DNA of 64,000 nt from Eledone cirrhosa. Taxonomy: Eukaryota. The notes below the pieces were generated by a model. That model did no database searches. It was not told the DNA's origin and worked only from the letters and a program-made list of their open reading frames with translations. Shown here in pieces: positions 38,560 to 52,382 of the stretch. How positions within the stretch are numbered: the first letter of the stretch is position 1; each line of letters begins with the position of its first letter. The stretch is taken from the NCBI GenBank assembly GCA_964016885.1, contig OZ024740.1, forward strand, positions 306,590,001 through 306,654,000, written 5' to 3'. The translations under genes were made by a program, and so were the position numbers.

Positions 38560-39703
38560 CTGCAACCAGCTTGCCGCTCACTATGTATCCTTTCTTCCCC
38601 TACTACTCCTGAGTGGGTCGTGGGGATAGAGGTCCCAGACACACCTTTTAGAGGATCCTATCGGAAGCAACCGTCACCAAAAGTAAACATGGTATAAAGA
38701 AGGTCAGTTATTGAGACTTCTATTGTCTCTGATCTCTTCGATTCTGTGCTGCGTGTTTGTATCAAGATAAGGGCTGAGCTGTCATTTGATCAGCATATAT
38801 ACGTGGGGAGTGTATGAATGCTGTGTGTGGTTGATGACATTCCAGTTGCCAAGCGTTCTCTCTTGGTTTTTGCTTGACTTACAATACTGCAGCTCCATCA
38901 AAGAAATGAGCTAGGGAAACATGTGTCTGACGAACAGTGGCCACATCTGTTATCAGTAGCCTCAGCGCATGTCTGCATATCATAAGCCACAGTCCTCATC
39001 GCAGCAGGTATTGACAGCGAAAGGATCGTCTGACTATGGGACGCGTCCCTTCCACAAAAAGCAAAGAGCAGGTGCTCCTGTGCGGTCAGGTGTGGATTGG
39101 AGAAAGTAGTAGTAGTAGTAGTAGATGACATAGGCGAGATACGCATTGGCACCACCACCCGACCTCTCACAGATAGTTTCCTCTCGGCCCATTTTGGGGT
39201 TAGATTCGCAACCCTGCTTGTTAATTCATCCTAGGTTTTATCCACCTGGAGATCTGGACTGAACTAAACCCGAAGTAACTTAACCGGCCGTCCGTCCAAC
39301 GCCTGACGACGCTGTCGACGATATGGACCTAGGTCACCAGGTGCAGAGCTGTAGGTCCACTGAAGTTTGCTGGTCACGGCCTCATACTCTTTTAGAGTGG
39401 TGCCGATCATCTCGCTGATGCTCGACACTACAACAGTGACATATGTTGATATGAATCTCCCACATCTTAGTTCACGCGGGATTCCCTCAGAGCCAATACG
39501 TACAAGGGAGATGAAAGGAGGCATCCCCGACGGACCGAATGCATGATACTAAACGGCTCCAGTAGGTGTCCATTCACTCTCACTACCGCGCTAATATCGC
39601 TGTAAATTGCAACGAACCATCCGATGGAGACGGCGCCGAGACTGGCTGCCATGTAGCGATGATCGACCCTATTGGAAGCTTTCGAGTGGTCGAAGTTGAT
39701 CAA
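38560..39703 (-). pseudogene. old degenerate Tx1-like LINE ORF2 fragment
   Basis: INFDHSKASNRVDHRY...VRVNGHLLEPFSI.HSVRRGCLLSSPLYVLAL, homologous to 34240-34470. Confidence 0.8.
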
Positions 39704-40547
39704 TTATAGTTAGCTCAGTATTTCACTGGTACTTTATTTTATTGACCCTGGATGAATGAAAAGCAAAACTGACCTCGGTGGGGTTTGAACTCAGATGGAA
39801 AGACCCGTAAAATACTATAAGGCATTTTGTCCGACTGCGAATCCCCAATAATAAAGGTGATAATAATTATTTATTGGTGATTTTATGAATTCTACCATTT
39901 CTAGCGAGAGTATAGTTCAATATATTGACTCCAGTTTTTAATTGGTACTTCTTTGATGGAGCCCAAAATTAGAAAAAACTAAATTAAACTTAGAATGTAA
40001 ATAGGTATAAAGTGACGTAACTAAACCCAGCTGCTGTTAAAGACAACCCTACACAGTACTTGTGGCGGCGAATTGGCAAAGTCGTTAGAAAGTCGGATAG
40101 AATGCTTTATGGCATTCGTGGCGGCTCTCTGCTCTCTGAGTTCAAATCCCGTTGAGATCAACTTTGCTTTTTATCTTTTCGTGGTCGATAAAAAAAAGTA
40201 GCAATCTAGTACTGGGGTAGATTCTTCCTCTATATCTCTATCTCTCTCTCTCTCACTTTCTATCTTTCTCTGGAAGAAATCTACTGTACTCAGGTCTGGA
40301 GAGAGGTGGGCTACACAATGCTTAAAATGCTCAAGAAACGCCGTATTTCAATGCGGTGCGCCTACGACCCTTTCAGGAGTTGCGGGACCAATACATACAC
40401 AGTATTTAGCTAGCCATATGTTGGGATAGGATTCCAACGACATTTCTATTTTTCATAGTGTGTCATTCATGACAAATGAGTAGTTAAACAATACATCCCA
40501 CCTCAACTATGGTGGCCATTTATAATCTCTCTTGGAATTTGTTCTCA

Positions 40548-43116
40548 CTGTTGCTGCTGCTGTTGTTGTTGTTGTAATTATTACTGCTGCTGTTGTTGCT
40601 GTTGCTGCTGTCGTTGTAGTTATTACTGCTGCTGTTGTTGCTGTTGTTGTCGTTGTAGTTATTACTGCTGCTGTTGTTGTTGTTGCTGCTGTCGTTGTAG
40701 TTATTACTGCTGTTGTTGTTGTTGTTGTAGTTATTACTGCTGTTGTTGTTGCTGTTGCTGTCGTTGTAGTTATTACTGCTGCTGTTGTTGCTGTTGCTGC
40801 TGTCGTTGTAGTTATTACTGCTGCTGTCGTTGTTGTTGCTGCTGTCGTTGTAGTTATTACTGCTGCTGTTGCTGTTGTTGTTGCTGCTGTCGTTGTAGTT
40901 ATTACTGCTGCTGCTGTTGTTGCTGTTGCTGTCGTTGTAGTTATTACTGCTGCTGCTGTTGTTGCTGTTGCTGTCGTTGTAGTTATTACTGCTGCTGCTG
41001 TTGTTGCTGTTGCTGTCGTTGTAGTTATTACTGCTGTTGCTGTCGTTGTAGTTATTACTGCTGCTGCTGCAGTTGCTGTTGCTGTCGTTGTAGTTATTAC
41101 TGCTGCTGTTGTTGTTGTTATTGCTGCTGCTGTTGTTGTTGTTGTAGTTATTACTGCTGCTGTTGTTGCTGTTGCTGCTGTCGTTGTAGTTATTACTGCT
41201 GCTGCTGTTGTTGCTGTTGCTGTCGTTGTAGTTATTACTGCTGCTGCTGTTGTTGCTGTTGCTGTCGTTGTAGTTATTACTGCTGCTGCTGTTGTTGTTG
41301 TTGCTGCTGTCGTTGTAGTTATTACTGCTGCTGTCGTTGTTGTTGTTGCTGCTGCTGTTGTAGTTATTACTGCTGCTGCTGTTGTTGCTGTCATTGTAGT
41401 TATTACTGCTGCTGCTGTTGTTGCTGTTGCTGCTGTCGTTGTAGTTATTACTGCTGCTGTCGTTGTTGTTGCTGTTGTCGTTGTAGTTATTACTGCTGCT
41501 GCTGTTGTTGCTGTTGCTGCTGTCGTTGTAGTTATTACTGCTGCTACGTTGTTGTTGTTGCTGCTGTCGTTGTAGTTATTACTGCTGCTACGTTGTTGTT
41601 GTTGCTGCTGTCGTTGTAGTTATTACTGCTGCTGCTGTTGTTGCTGTTGCTGCTGTCGTTGTAGTTATTACTGCTGCTGCTGTTGTTGCTGTTGCTGCTG
41701 TCGTTGTAGTTATTACTGCTGCTGTCGTTGTTGTTGCTGTTGTCGTTGTAGTTATTACTGCTGCTGCTGTTGTTGCTGTTGCTGCTGTCGTTGTAGTTAT
41801 TACTGCTGCTACGTTGTTGTTGTTGCTGCTGTCGTTGTAGTTATTACTGCTGCTGTTGTTGCTGTTGCTGCTGTCGTTGTAGTTATTACTGCTGCTGCTG
41901 TTGTTGCTGTTGCTGCTGTCGTTGTAGTTATTACTGCTGCTGTCGTTGTTGTTGCTGTTGTCGTTGTAGTTATTACTGCTGCTGCTGTTGTTGCTGTTGC
42001 TGCTGTCGTTGTAGTTATTACTGCTGCTACGTTGTTGTTGTTGCTGCTGTCGTTGTAGTTATTACTGCTGCTACGTTGTTGTTGTTGCTGCTGTCGTTGT
42101 AGTTATTACTGCTGCTGCTGTTGTTGTTGTTGCTGCTGTCGTTGTAGTTATTACTGCTGCTGCTGTTGTTGCTGTTGCTGTTGTCGTTGTAGTTATTACT
42201 GCTGCTGTCGTTGTTGTTGCTGTTGTCGTTGTAGTTATTACTGCTGCTGCTGTTGTTGCTGTTGCTGCTGTCGTTGTAGTTATTACTGCTGCTACGTTGT
42301 TGTTGTTGCTGCTGTCGTTGTAGTTATTACTGCTGCTACGTTGTTGTTGTTGCTGCTGTCGTTGTAGTTATTACTGCTGCTGCTGTTGTTGTTGTTGCTG
42401 CTGTCGTTGTAGTTACTACTGCTGCTGTTGCTGTTGTTGTTGCTGCTGTCGTTGTAGTTATTACTGCTGCTGCTGTTGTTGTTGCTGCTGTCGTTGTAGT
42501 TATTACTGCTGCTGCTGTTGTTGCTGTTGCTGTCGTTGTAGTTATTATGCTGCTGTTGCTGTTGTTGTTGCTGCTGTCGTTGTAGTTATTACTGCTGCTG
42601 CTGTTGTTGCTGTTGCTGTCGTTGTAGTTATTACTGCTGCTGCTGTTGTTGCTGTTGCTGTCGTTGTAGTTATTACAGCTATTGTTGTTGTTGTTGCTGT
42701 CGTTGTAGTTATTACTGCTGCTGTCGTTGTTGTTGTTGCTGCTGCTGTCGTTGTTGTTGTTGCTGCTGCTGTTGTTCTCGTTGTAGTTATTACCGCTGCT
42801 GCTGTTGTGGTTGCTGCCGTTGTAGCTATTACAGCTATTGTTGTTGCTGTCGTTGTAGTTAATGCTGCTGTTGTCGTTGTAGTTATTGCTGTTGCTGCTG
42901 TTGTTGTTGCTGCCGTTGTAGTTATAATAGCTGCTGCTGTTGTTGCTGCTGTCGTTGTAGTTATAATAGCTGCTGCTGTCGTTGTAGTTATTGCTGCTGT
43001 TGTCGTTGTTGTTGCTGCTGTCGCTGTAGCTATCGCTGCTGCTGCTGCTGCTGCTGCTGTTGTTGTTGTTGTATCCATTCATTCGTTCAGCCATTTCATT
43101 CATCTCATTTAAAATC

Positions 43117-43212
<96 letters not shown>
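40548..43212. repeat. trinucleotide-derived 33-39-bp minisatellite (gtcgttgtagttattactgctgct...) grading into (GTT)n
   Basis: recurrent gtcgttgtagttattact anchor over 2.5 kb. Confidence 0.95.
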
Positions 43213-43583
43213 ATGTTACAGTACAGTCCTCCATTCTAACTAAACCAGCTTTCTAAAGTCAACATTGTTGTTGAAAAGTGTGTTGGTGTTTTAGTACGTG
43301 TAACTATGTCATGTGAAGGCAGAGTGTATGTATGTACTTTTGTACATGTGTATATGTGTATATGTGTATATGTGTATATGTGTGCATGTATCTATTTGTA
43401 TATCCATGTATATATATATATAGAGAGATATATATATGTTTACATATACACATAAATATATATATATGCATACATATAAATACATACATATAGATAACTA
43501 TATACACACATATATCTATATATAGAGATATATATACTTATATACATACATATATCTATGCACACACACACACACATACACAC

Positions 43584-43614
<31 letters not shown>

Positions 43615-45766
43615 CAAAACAGTAAAGTCAACCGCATATAAATATATGCGTATGATATACGTAAGCATATATACATTATATACATACGCACGAACAATGA
43701 AAACAAAAAAATAGCAAACGTAAATACACACCTACACATATCAACCCACGTTTCGCACACACAGACACACACACACACATACAGGACAATAACAACTCAC
43801 ACAGTAACCATACACACTGCTACACTCATTTTATTTAAGTGTGATAAATAATACTTAGAGTAATAAAATAGTTTTAATCACTTGCCTATAATGACATCGC
43901 AATCTATATAATGACATCTCACGAATGTGGGCGAAAATTCTATTTTTATTTATTATGTTAAAGAAAATTATTGAATAAACGTTAAATCAGTTATTTATTG
44001 AAGTTTTCCTGTGAATTTTTTCCTGGGACTTTTTTTTTTTTCGGGATTCACTGAACGTAGCGAGCCGACAAAAGGAAATAAATAAGCAAGTCTCTGATAT
44101 CCAAATGGCTAAATGTCAACAGAGGGGGCACCCAGGAGTCATGACCTGGGTGCTGCCTGGCCCTCTTAGAGTGTATTAAATAAGGGCCGAAACACTCGCT
44201 TGGTGGGGGTGGGGGGGCCTCTTCTGAAGACCTTCTGCTGTCCGGCTCTCCTGGAAGTTTCTTAACATTGTACCAGACTGGAAAATAATTAGTATTGAGG
44301 TTGATGTGATAACCTAAACAACCCTTTTGAAGACAGTGCCCTAGTATAGCCCTGCAGTCTAATGACTGAAACCAATACTCTTTTTCAGATTTTTGCCATC
44401 CCCACTCCCGCTTATTAAATTTTGCTATCCTATCTCCGGCAACATTTTGTTTTATTCTCTTTATACATTAAAGAAACATTATACACGACAAAAGAAGTAC
44501 ATTACTAGAAATCCCATACATTATAAAATAAATAGGATGGGTTGTGGTCTCAATATGTAAATTAAACGACTAATTCTGGTTTTTAAAAAATCGACAGAGA
44601 CAACTTAGAAAAATTACCACCTCCTTCATCGCTTATTCCAACAAACTCTCCCTCTATTATTTGGGACCCGTGAGTAATTCCTTTACACATACAACTGGGG
44701 TTAAACGTTAAGCTGTCATTCCCATACATTATATTCACTCGTGTGCTTATAAATGAACTTTGTTGGAGTTTATTCAGACCTGGTTCGTATTTTTGTATAA
44801 ATATATTTTCTTTATTTATTCATGTTTGTTTTGAGGTATCATCTTTTTACAGTGTAACGTATGTATGTTGTTTTGTCAATCATCAATGATCGTTTATAAT
44901 TTACTTATTAAAAATTCATTCAATACACGTGTGAAAGTGACGTCCGAACGAGTATCCTCCACCAGCAACTAACTCTGGGGTCCCGATCGACAGGATGGAG
45001 AATGCATTTCTCTGGGGAACGTATAAATACGTATAGAACACTTACACACATATATGTTTATTTTTACGCGCAAGCACACATCTAGAATGATTGTATGTAA
45101 GAAAAAGAGTTCTGTTCTATGTGGTCACTCGACCAGCTAGAAATATAGCCAAGACTCCACCAATTTGTATATACTGTGTTAAAAATAGAAAGATACATTG
45201 GATAATACAATTCTATGGCAGGAAAGCAGATGGGACTGTCACGACAGGAACGTGATTGATCATTGGTTTGCTTGTGTAGGTTAACCAACAACTTAACGAT
45301 GAAGAAATGGAGGCAGAGAGAGAGAGAGAGAGATTCGTTGATAGAGAATGTAAAGGAATATAGTATTATAACAATGTGATTGAGTAATCTATAAATAGAA
45401 CAAAAGACAACAACAACAAAAACAAAACGAAAAAGTGTAACAGAAAATATTTCATTAAAGAGAGAGGGGGGATAGAGCATATGTGACTGAGTGAAAGAGT
45501 GTGTCGGGGGGGGGGGGACCATCAATCAAATAGAAGAGAAAGAGATAGAGATATGTGAAACAGGGAATAGAAAGAAAGAAAAAATGAATGAATGAATGAA
45601 TGAATGAAGGAGAAAGGCAATCAATAACAAAACGCGATGAAAAAAAGATAATGTAAAAGATTATTCATTCAAAGAACGAGAAAGGTGAAGATAGATAGAT
45701 ATCAGACAGGCAGAGAAACCGATAGATAGATAGATATCAGACACACATACAGACAGACAGACAGAC

Positions 45767-45836
<70 letters not shown>

Positions 45837-45879
45837 GGATGGATAGAGAGATAAAGTGAAAGTGAAAGAGAGCGTGAGT

Positions 45880-45949
<70 letters not shown>

Positions 45950-46449
45950 AGAGAAATAAAAATAGGATGGGTGTATAGACAAATCAAAGCGTGAAATAAT
46001 TAGGGATTAAATAGAAAAGGGACAGATAGATAGAGAGAGCGACAGTGTACGTGACAAAGTGACAGGGAGGGAGAGAAAGAGAATGAGTGATAGAGATATA
46101 GGCAAAGAGGGTGTGCAGAAGAGATGATAGAAGTAGTGAGATGGCTTCCATTATAAAGGATTTCTTCCAAACAAGGTTTATGTTTATACCTCCGATTGTT
46201 CCTGCGTTCCACAATCGTATAGAGAGGGGGGGGGGCGGTCTCATTGAGAAAGGTGGAGGTGTGGGGAGTGGAAGGGCTTTCGAAGTGACAAATGGCGGAT
46301 GTGAGGTTAGAGCAAGGAGAAGAGGGTGAGACGAGGTCAGTGGAAGTTTAGAGGTACAAATCATTATATTTAGATTTTCCCACCGACGACACTCCCGGAG
46401 GTACAACGGGGGTGGTCGAATTTATACCGAAGGATGGGGGGAGTTGTTA

Positions 46450-47953
46450 GTGATGGCGGTTATTGTGGTGATGGTTGTGTGGTGGTAGTGGTGATGGTGG
46501 TTGTGGTGATGGTTGTGTGGTGGTAGTGGCGATGGTGGTTGTGGTGATGGTTGTGTGGTGGTAGTGGTGATGGTGGTAGTGGTGATGATGGTTGTGGTGG
46601 TAGTGGTGATGGTGGTAGTGGTGATGGTGGTTGTGGTGATGGTTGTGTGGTGGTAGTGGTGATGGTGGTTGTGGTGATGGTTGTGTGGTGATAGTGGTGA
46701 TGGTGGTTGTGGTGATGGTTGTGTGGTGGTAGTGGTGATGGTGGTAGTGGTGATGATGGTTGTGGTGATGGTTGTGTGGTGGTAGTGGTGATGGTGGTTG
46801 TGGTGATGGTTGTGTGGTGGTAGTGGTGATGGTGGTAGTGGTGATGATGGTTGTGGTGATGGTTGTGTGGTGGTAGTGGTGATGGTTGTGTGGTGGTAGT
46901 GGTGATGGTGGTTGTGGTGATGGTTGTGTGGTGATAGTGGTGATGGTGGTAGTGGTGATGATGGTTGTGGTGATGGTTGTGTGGTGGTAGTGGTGATGGT
47001 GGTTGTGGTGATGGTTGTGTGGTGGTAGTGGTGATGGTGGTTGTGGTGATGGTTGTGTGGTGATAGTGGTGATGGTGGTAGTGGTGATGATGGTTGTGGT
47101 GATGGTTGTGTGGTGGTAGTGGTGATAGTTGAGTGAGGGTGGTGATGGTTGAGTGAGTGGTGGTTGTGTGGGTGGTGGTAGCGCTGATAGTTGTGTGAAT
47201 GATGGTGGTGGTAGTGGTGATGGTTGTGTGGGTGGTGGTAGTGGTGATGGTGATTGTGGTGATGTTTGAGTGAGTGATGGTAGTGGTGCTGATAGTTGTG
47301 TGAATGATGGTGGTGGTAGTGGTGATGGTTATTGTGGTGGTTGTGGTTGTGTGGGTGATGGTGGTGGTAGTGGTGGTGGTGATTGTGGTGATGTTTGAGT
47401 GAGTGGTGGTGGTGGTAGTGGTGATGGTTGTATGAGTGGTGGTTGTGTGAGTGGTGGTGATTATGGTGATTGTTGTGTGAGTGGTGGTGGTGGTAGTGGT
47501 GATGGTTGTGTGAGTTGTGATGATGGTTTTGTGAGTGGTGGTGGTGGTAGTGATGATCGTTTTGTGAGTGGTGGTAGTAGAGACGGTTGTGTGAGTGGTG
47601 GTGGTGGTACTGGTGATGGTTGTGCGAGTGGTGGTGGTGGTAGTGGTGATGGTTGTGCGAGTGGTGGTGGTGGTGGTGGTGGTAGTGGTGATGGTTGCGC
47701 GAGTGGTGGTGGTGGTGGTGGTAGTAGTAATGGTGATTGTAGGTTATGGAAGTTGTATAGCTTTATAGAATGATAGTGGTAATGGCGGTAGTAATGGTGG
47801 CGGCACCGGCAGTGATGGTGGTTGTTAATAACTGCGGTGGTGGTGGTGGGTATTGATGAGGCGGGGATGGCATAGTAGTGGTTAGGTTGGCAATAATGAT
47901 GATGGTGGTAATAGTCATACTTAAGGTTTTTCGTTGTGATGATACGATGATGT

Positions 47954-48004
<51 letters not shown>

Positions 48005-48070
48005 CGATGATGATGATGATTGATGACAATCACTGTGGTAGTAGTGGTGATGGTGGTGGTAGTAGTAGCG
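46450..48070. repeat. GGT/GAT-derived minisatellite and low-complexity tract
   Basis: gtggtgatggttgtgtggtggtagtggtgatg repeats. Confidence 0.9.
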
Positions 48071-48164
48071 GGTTGTGAGTTGTAGGCTAGTTAGTTAGGT
48101 TAAGCTATTTCATTCATTTCCCTACACAGTCCATTTCAAGTTCGTTGGGTTGTTTTTTTTTATC

Positions 48165-48566
48165 TTGTATGTGTGCATGTGTGTGAGAGTGTGTGTGTGT
48201 GTGTATGTCTGTGCATATGTGTGTGTGTGTGCATGTCTGTGAATGTGTGTGTGTGTGTATGTCTGTGAATGTGTGTGTGCGTATGTGTATGTGTATGTGC
48301 ATGTCTGTGAATGTGTGTGTGTGTGTGTGTGCATGTCTGTGAATGTGTGTGTGCGTATGTGTATGTGCATGTCTGTGAATGTGTGTGCATGTCTGTGAAT
48401 GTGTGTGTGCGTATGTGTATGTGCATGTCTGTGAATGTGTGTGTGTGTGTGTGTGTGCATGTCTGTGAATGTGTGTGTGCGTATGTGTATGTGCATGTCT
48501 GTGAATGTGTGTGTGTGTGCGTATGTGTATGTGCATGTCTGTGAATGTGTGTGTGTGTGTGTGTGT
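48165..48566. repeat. (GT)n compound minisatellite with a gcatgtctgtgaat anchor
   Basis: anchor repeated about 9 times. Confidence 0.85.
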
Positions 48567-48695
48567 GGTTTGTGCTGGGGAACATGAACGAGAGAAGCAG
48601 TCTTACTTGTTCTGTCCTCAGGAAGTGACAGGTTCACTCATTCTCTTTATCTTTCTCTCTCTCTCACCCTCTCATTCACACACTTACACACATAT

Positions 48696-48739
<44 letters not shown>

Positions 48740-49524
48740 CTGTATTAAGAGGGATAGTCACCATACACATCTGAATGAGAAGTACGTACTATATGAATGA
48801 CAAAGCAAAAATACATTTATTGAGTGGAGTGCAAAATACATTGATTGATGCAGACAAGCGGGAGTACGGGATAAACTAGAGAGAAAGGCTTAGAGAATGA
48901 ACCAGATAGAAAAGATGAATGAGAGAAAGGGGTGTAATAGAGAAAACAGGGTGAATATTTCATATAACTGAATAAAATAGCTCAGGGTGTGTTCTGCTTG
49001 ATAACATTCAGATACAGTAAGGTCTCATATGTATTTTAATGTAATGAGAGGGAAAATGTCGTTCAATTGACTGAGATTATCCAAGTAATTAGATAACAAA
49101 AACTCCCCTAGAAGTATTTTAATATATATTGTTTATTATATCTTCTTCTTCTTCTTCTTCGTCGTCGTCGTCGTCGTCGTAGTCGTCGCCCACTTATTCT
49201 TGAAGGGGTCGTGGAGTCCAAGTCCTCAAACACTCCTTCCAGCGGATCCTGTCAGAAATAACAGTTTCCCACTGATTCGGCTGGATCCCCAAGCGAGACC
49301 AGCCAACCTACCTTCACGTGGTCTATAGGCACACGCTAATGGTAATAAAAAAAGACGAAGTGTTAGATCTTCATTACGTTTATTGAGGTGTGACGCGCGT
49401 TTCGCGATTGATCATCAGCTCAAAGCTCGATTTGTATCGATCTGTCCCGACTCTGGAATCAAGAGCTCGTCGGACTTCTGTTATGGTTAACTGGATGTTA
49501 CAATCCCTAAATATATATATATAT

Positions 49525-49719
49525 ATATAGATGAGATTCTACAGGACTAGAACTGTTTCATTCTTCAGAAATCATCAGGAATCTCCTGATTCCTGGTGAT
49601 TTCTGAAGAATGAAACAGTTCTAGTCCTGTAGAATCTCATCTATATTAAAACCTTTATACTCTGCTATGTATTGAGTACCTTACTTACTGTGGTTACCTC
49701 CGATTCAACCCGGAATAAC

Positions 49720-49720
<1 letters not shown>
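49525..49720 (+). mobile_element. fold-back element with 59-bp arms, a 4-nt loop, an HHR core and a tail, within (TA)n
   Basis: arms at 49525-49583 and 49588-49646; core CUGAUGA-U-UUC(UGAA)GAA-U-GAAAC..GUC, stem I partner not found. Confidence 0.7.
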
Positions 49721-49754
<34 letters not shown>

Positions 49755-50267
49755 ACCAGCTTCCGCGGTTTCCGTCTAGCAAATTCCACTCGAAAACTCG
49801 AAAGTCATTGTTCAATCCAATGCTATGGTAGAGGACATAATGTGCTGCGCTGTCGGATTAAACTCGGAATTAGTTGCGAATTTAACATTTTAACTTCATA
49901 GCCATGTGTCTATTTACATTCTGAGTTAAATACCCATCATAGACGGTTTTGTCTTCTATCTTTCTATCGAGAACTGTGTCTGTGTAATCGATTGTTCCCT
50001 GTCCTAAAATATTTAGCCCTGTGTCAACGTTGGAAATCAATATTATCACAGGAATGATGAAATGCCAGATACGTTAGATGTACAAACTACGGTGAATATT
50101 TAAGTCACTTCACGTTCTAATTTCCGGCTGAAATTAACTTCACCCCCTCCGAGGTCGATAAAATATGTCTTAGCAAATTCCTGATCACTTAATTAAATAT
50201 ACCCTCAACCAAAAATAACTGGACTTATGCTCAAGTTACAAAAGATTATTTATAATCATTTGTAACA

Positions 50268-50378
50268 TACTCTCGGGTCCCAAATAATAAGGGGCAAAAT
50301 AAGAACTGGGGGGTTGGAAAAAATTTTTTTAATTAATTAGCGGCCCGGGCGGGGGCTATTATTCGAGACCCAAGAGTA
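50268..50378. mobile_element. short TA-flanked TIR MITE
   Basis: tactctcgggtcccaaataata and tattattcgagacccaagagta. Confidence 0.7.
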
Positions 50379-50769
50379 GGCACAGGACCAAGAATTTCAA
50401 ACTGTCGATTATACTAACTCTAATATTTAAGTCGTACTCTATTTTGTTGATTCTATAGAGGATAAATGGCATTTATAGTCCTTTACTTTACTTTCCTATA
50501 CAGCACATCTGTCCTTCTTTACGCCTCCCACCTTCTTTTTACCCTTTTTAAATATTTCCATCATTGTATAACATGTTTATAAAATATAGTTGATAAAATA
50601 TGTTTATGTATAAGAGATAACAAAATAAAATATGATTTTTTAGGTTAAAACATAAAAAAAAGTCAAAATTACCCGCAATGAGTTTGAACTCAGAACTCAA
50701 ATAACCAGAACAAATGCCACGAGATGTTTCATTCGATGCTTCATCGAATGAAATATCTCAGAGATGATT

Positions 50770-51850
50770 TTTTGTAAGCTATTTATAGCAACAGACTGTA
50801 AATTGCTGAACTGGCCATTGCAAGAACTGAGCGAGATGGATGTAAGGACTCGCAAGCTGCTCAGTGTTACTGGAAATTTTAACATCAATGGTGATGTGGA
50901 TAGGTTATATTTCTCATGCAATGGGAGTGGCCGGGACCTTATATCCATATTACCACCACACGAGACCCGGATAATAACACTGAAGTAACATCTTCAACAA
51001 AAATAGGTTAGCAGCCCTCTCATCCAGGTTTATGAGCATGAAAATAAAAATGTTAGGATAGTCTCTGATCTAGAGGATTGACATGAAATAAAAGCTGATA
51101 CAATCTCTCTCGAGAACTCTGGAAGACTCTACTCAATGCTCGAACAAAATTAAAGCATGGACCAATTCACTGAGAAGGTTGTACATGGGTACTTCAGACG
51201 TTTATAACATTCCACCTTGAAAGATACCTTCTTGCAATTTAGGAACTAGAACCCTCACCAAGTACCTACTGCACAAAAAAGGAATGTCATCGGTTGAGAA
51301 TAAATGGCTGTGCAATACAAAGACTTGAGATGTTAGCCGCATTATTGCCAATTGTGAAAGAATGTATTCTCATTACTATCTCCACGTTAGGCATGATGTG
51401 GTAGCTAGAACGATCTGGAATGCATTACAGAAGACGAAAATCTAATCAAATATGGAGGAATATGTTGATACTGATGGCTTAAAGGAATACCGGGGGGAAA
51501 GTAAAAATAAAAGCTGCCACCAAATTAAAGCACAACTGACCTGATATTGTTGTTTGGGACCACATATTAAAACACTCTGTTGTAGAAGTCAGCTGCCCAA
51601 TTAATGTCAATGTGGTAAGAAAAATACAAGAGAAGAGGGATATCTTCAGACCATTGATGAGGAGTTTGCAGATCCAATATCCAAGATACAAGTTCTGCTT
51701 CATTTGGAGGCACAGGTTATATATCAACCCACCTGGATCAAAATATAATTGATCTTGGATTTGTGGAGAAAGAACCTAACTCCTTAATTCATAAGCTACA
51801 AATGACCGTGATATCTGGAATGTTCAAAATCTGTAAAACTTCTTAATCGT
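50770..51850 (+). pseudogene. highly decayed R4/Dong-like LINE (RT C-terminus to RLE)
   Basis: ELSEMDVRTRKLL..TGNFNINGDVDRLY; later RHDVVARTIWNAL and PDIVVWD..VVEVSCP. Confidence 0.75.
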
Positions 51851-52351
51851 TCAAAATCGTCAAAATTCTTACGATTCAAACGCTTGCACAAGAGACGACG
51901 ACAATTCCTTTTCTTCACAACCTTGCCACTGGGAAGGTGGCCGGTCAAATATAAACTCAAAAGCAAGAGAAGGAGGCTACATACATACATACATGGATAC
52001 ATACGTACATACTCACACGTACACAAAGACACACGTTTGCATGCTGACATACATATATATTTACATAGTTCATGAAAGAGTCCTGAGCCCATGTTAGAAA
52101 CTCTCTCTCTCTCTCTCTCTCTCTCTATTGGTAAAACTATCAAATAATTGTTTCTACTTTAGGCACAAGGCCAGCAATTACCCAGTGCATTACTGGTACT
52201 TTATTTTATCGACCCCGTAAGGATGAAAGGCAAAGTCAACCTCGGCGGGATTTGAACTCAGATCGTAAAGGGACGTAACTATGCTGGAAAGCATGGCGTC
52301 CGACCCTCTACCGATACTGCCAATCCAATGAAACCAGAAGAACATATGTAC

Positions 52352-52382
<31 letters not shown>

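Noticed and set aside
40507-43103. Thr/Ala-rich mucin- or antifreeze-like ORFs
   Set aside because: Frame shifts repeatedly within the tract and there is no unique coding flank or signal peptide
49384-49422. HHR-like CTGATGA...GAAACGCGCGTC on the minus strand
   Set aside because: Stems I and II do not pair convincingly; at most a decayed remnant
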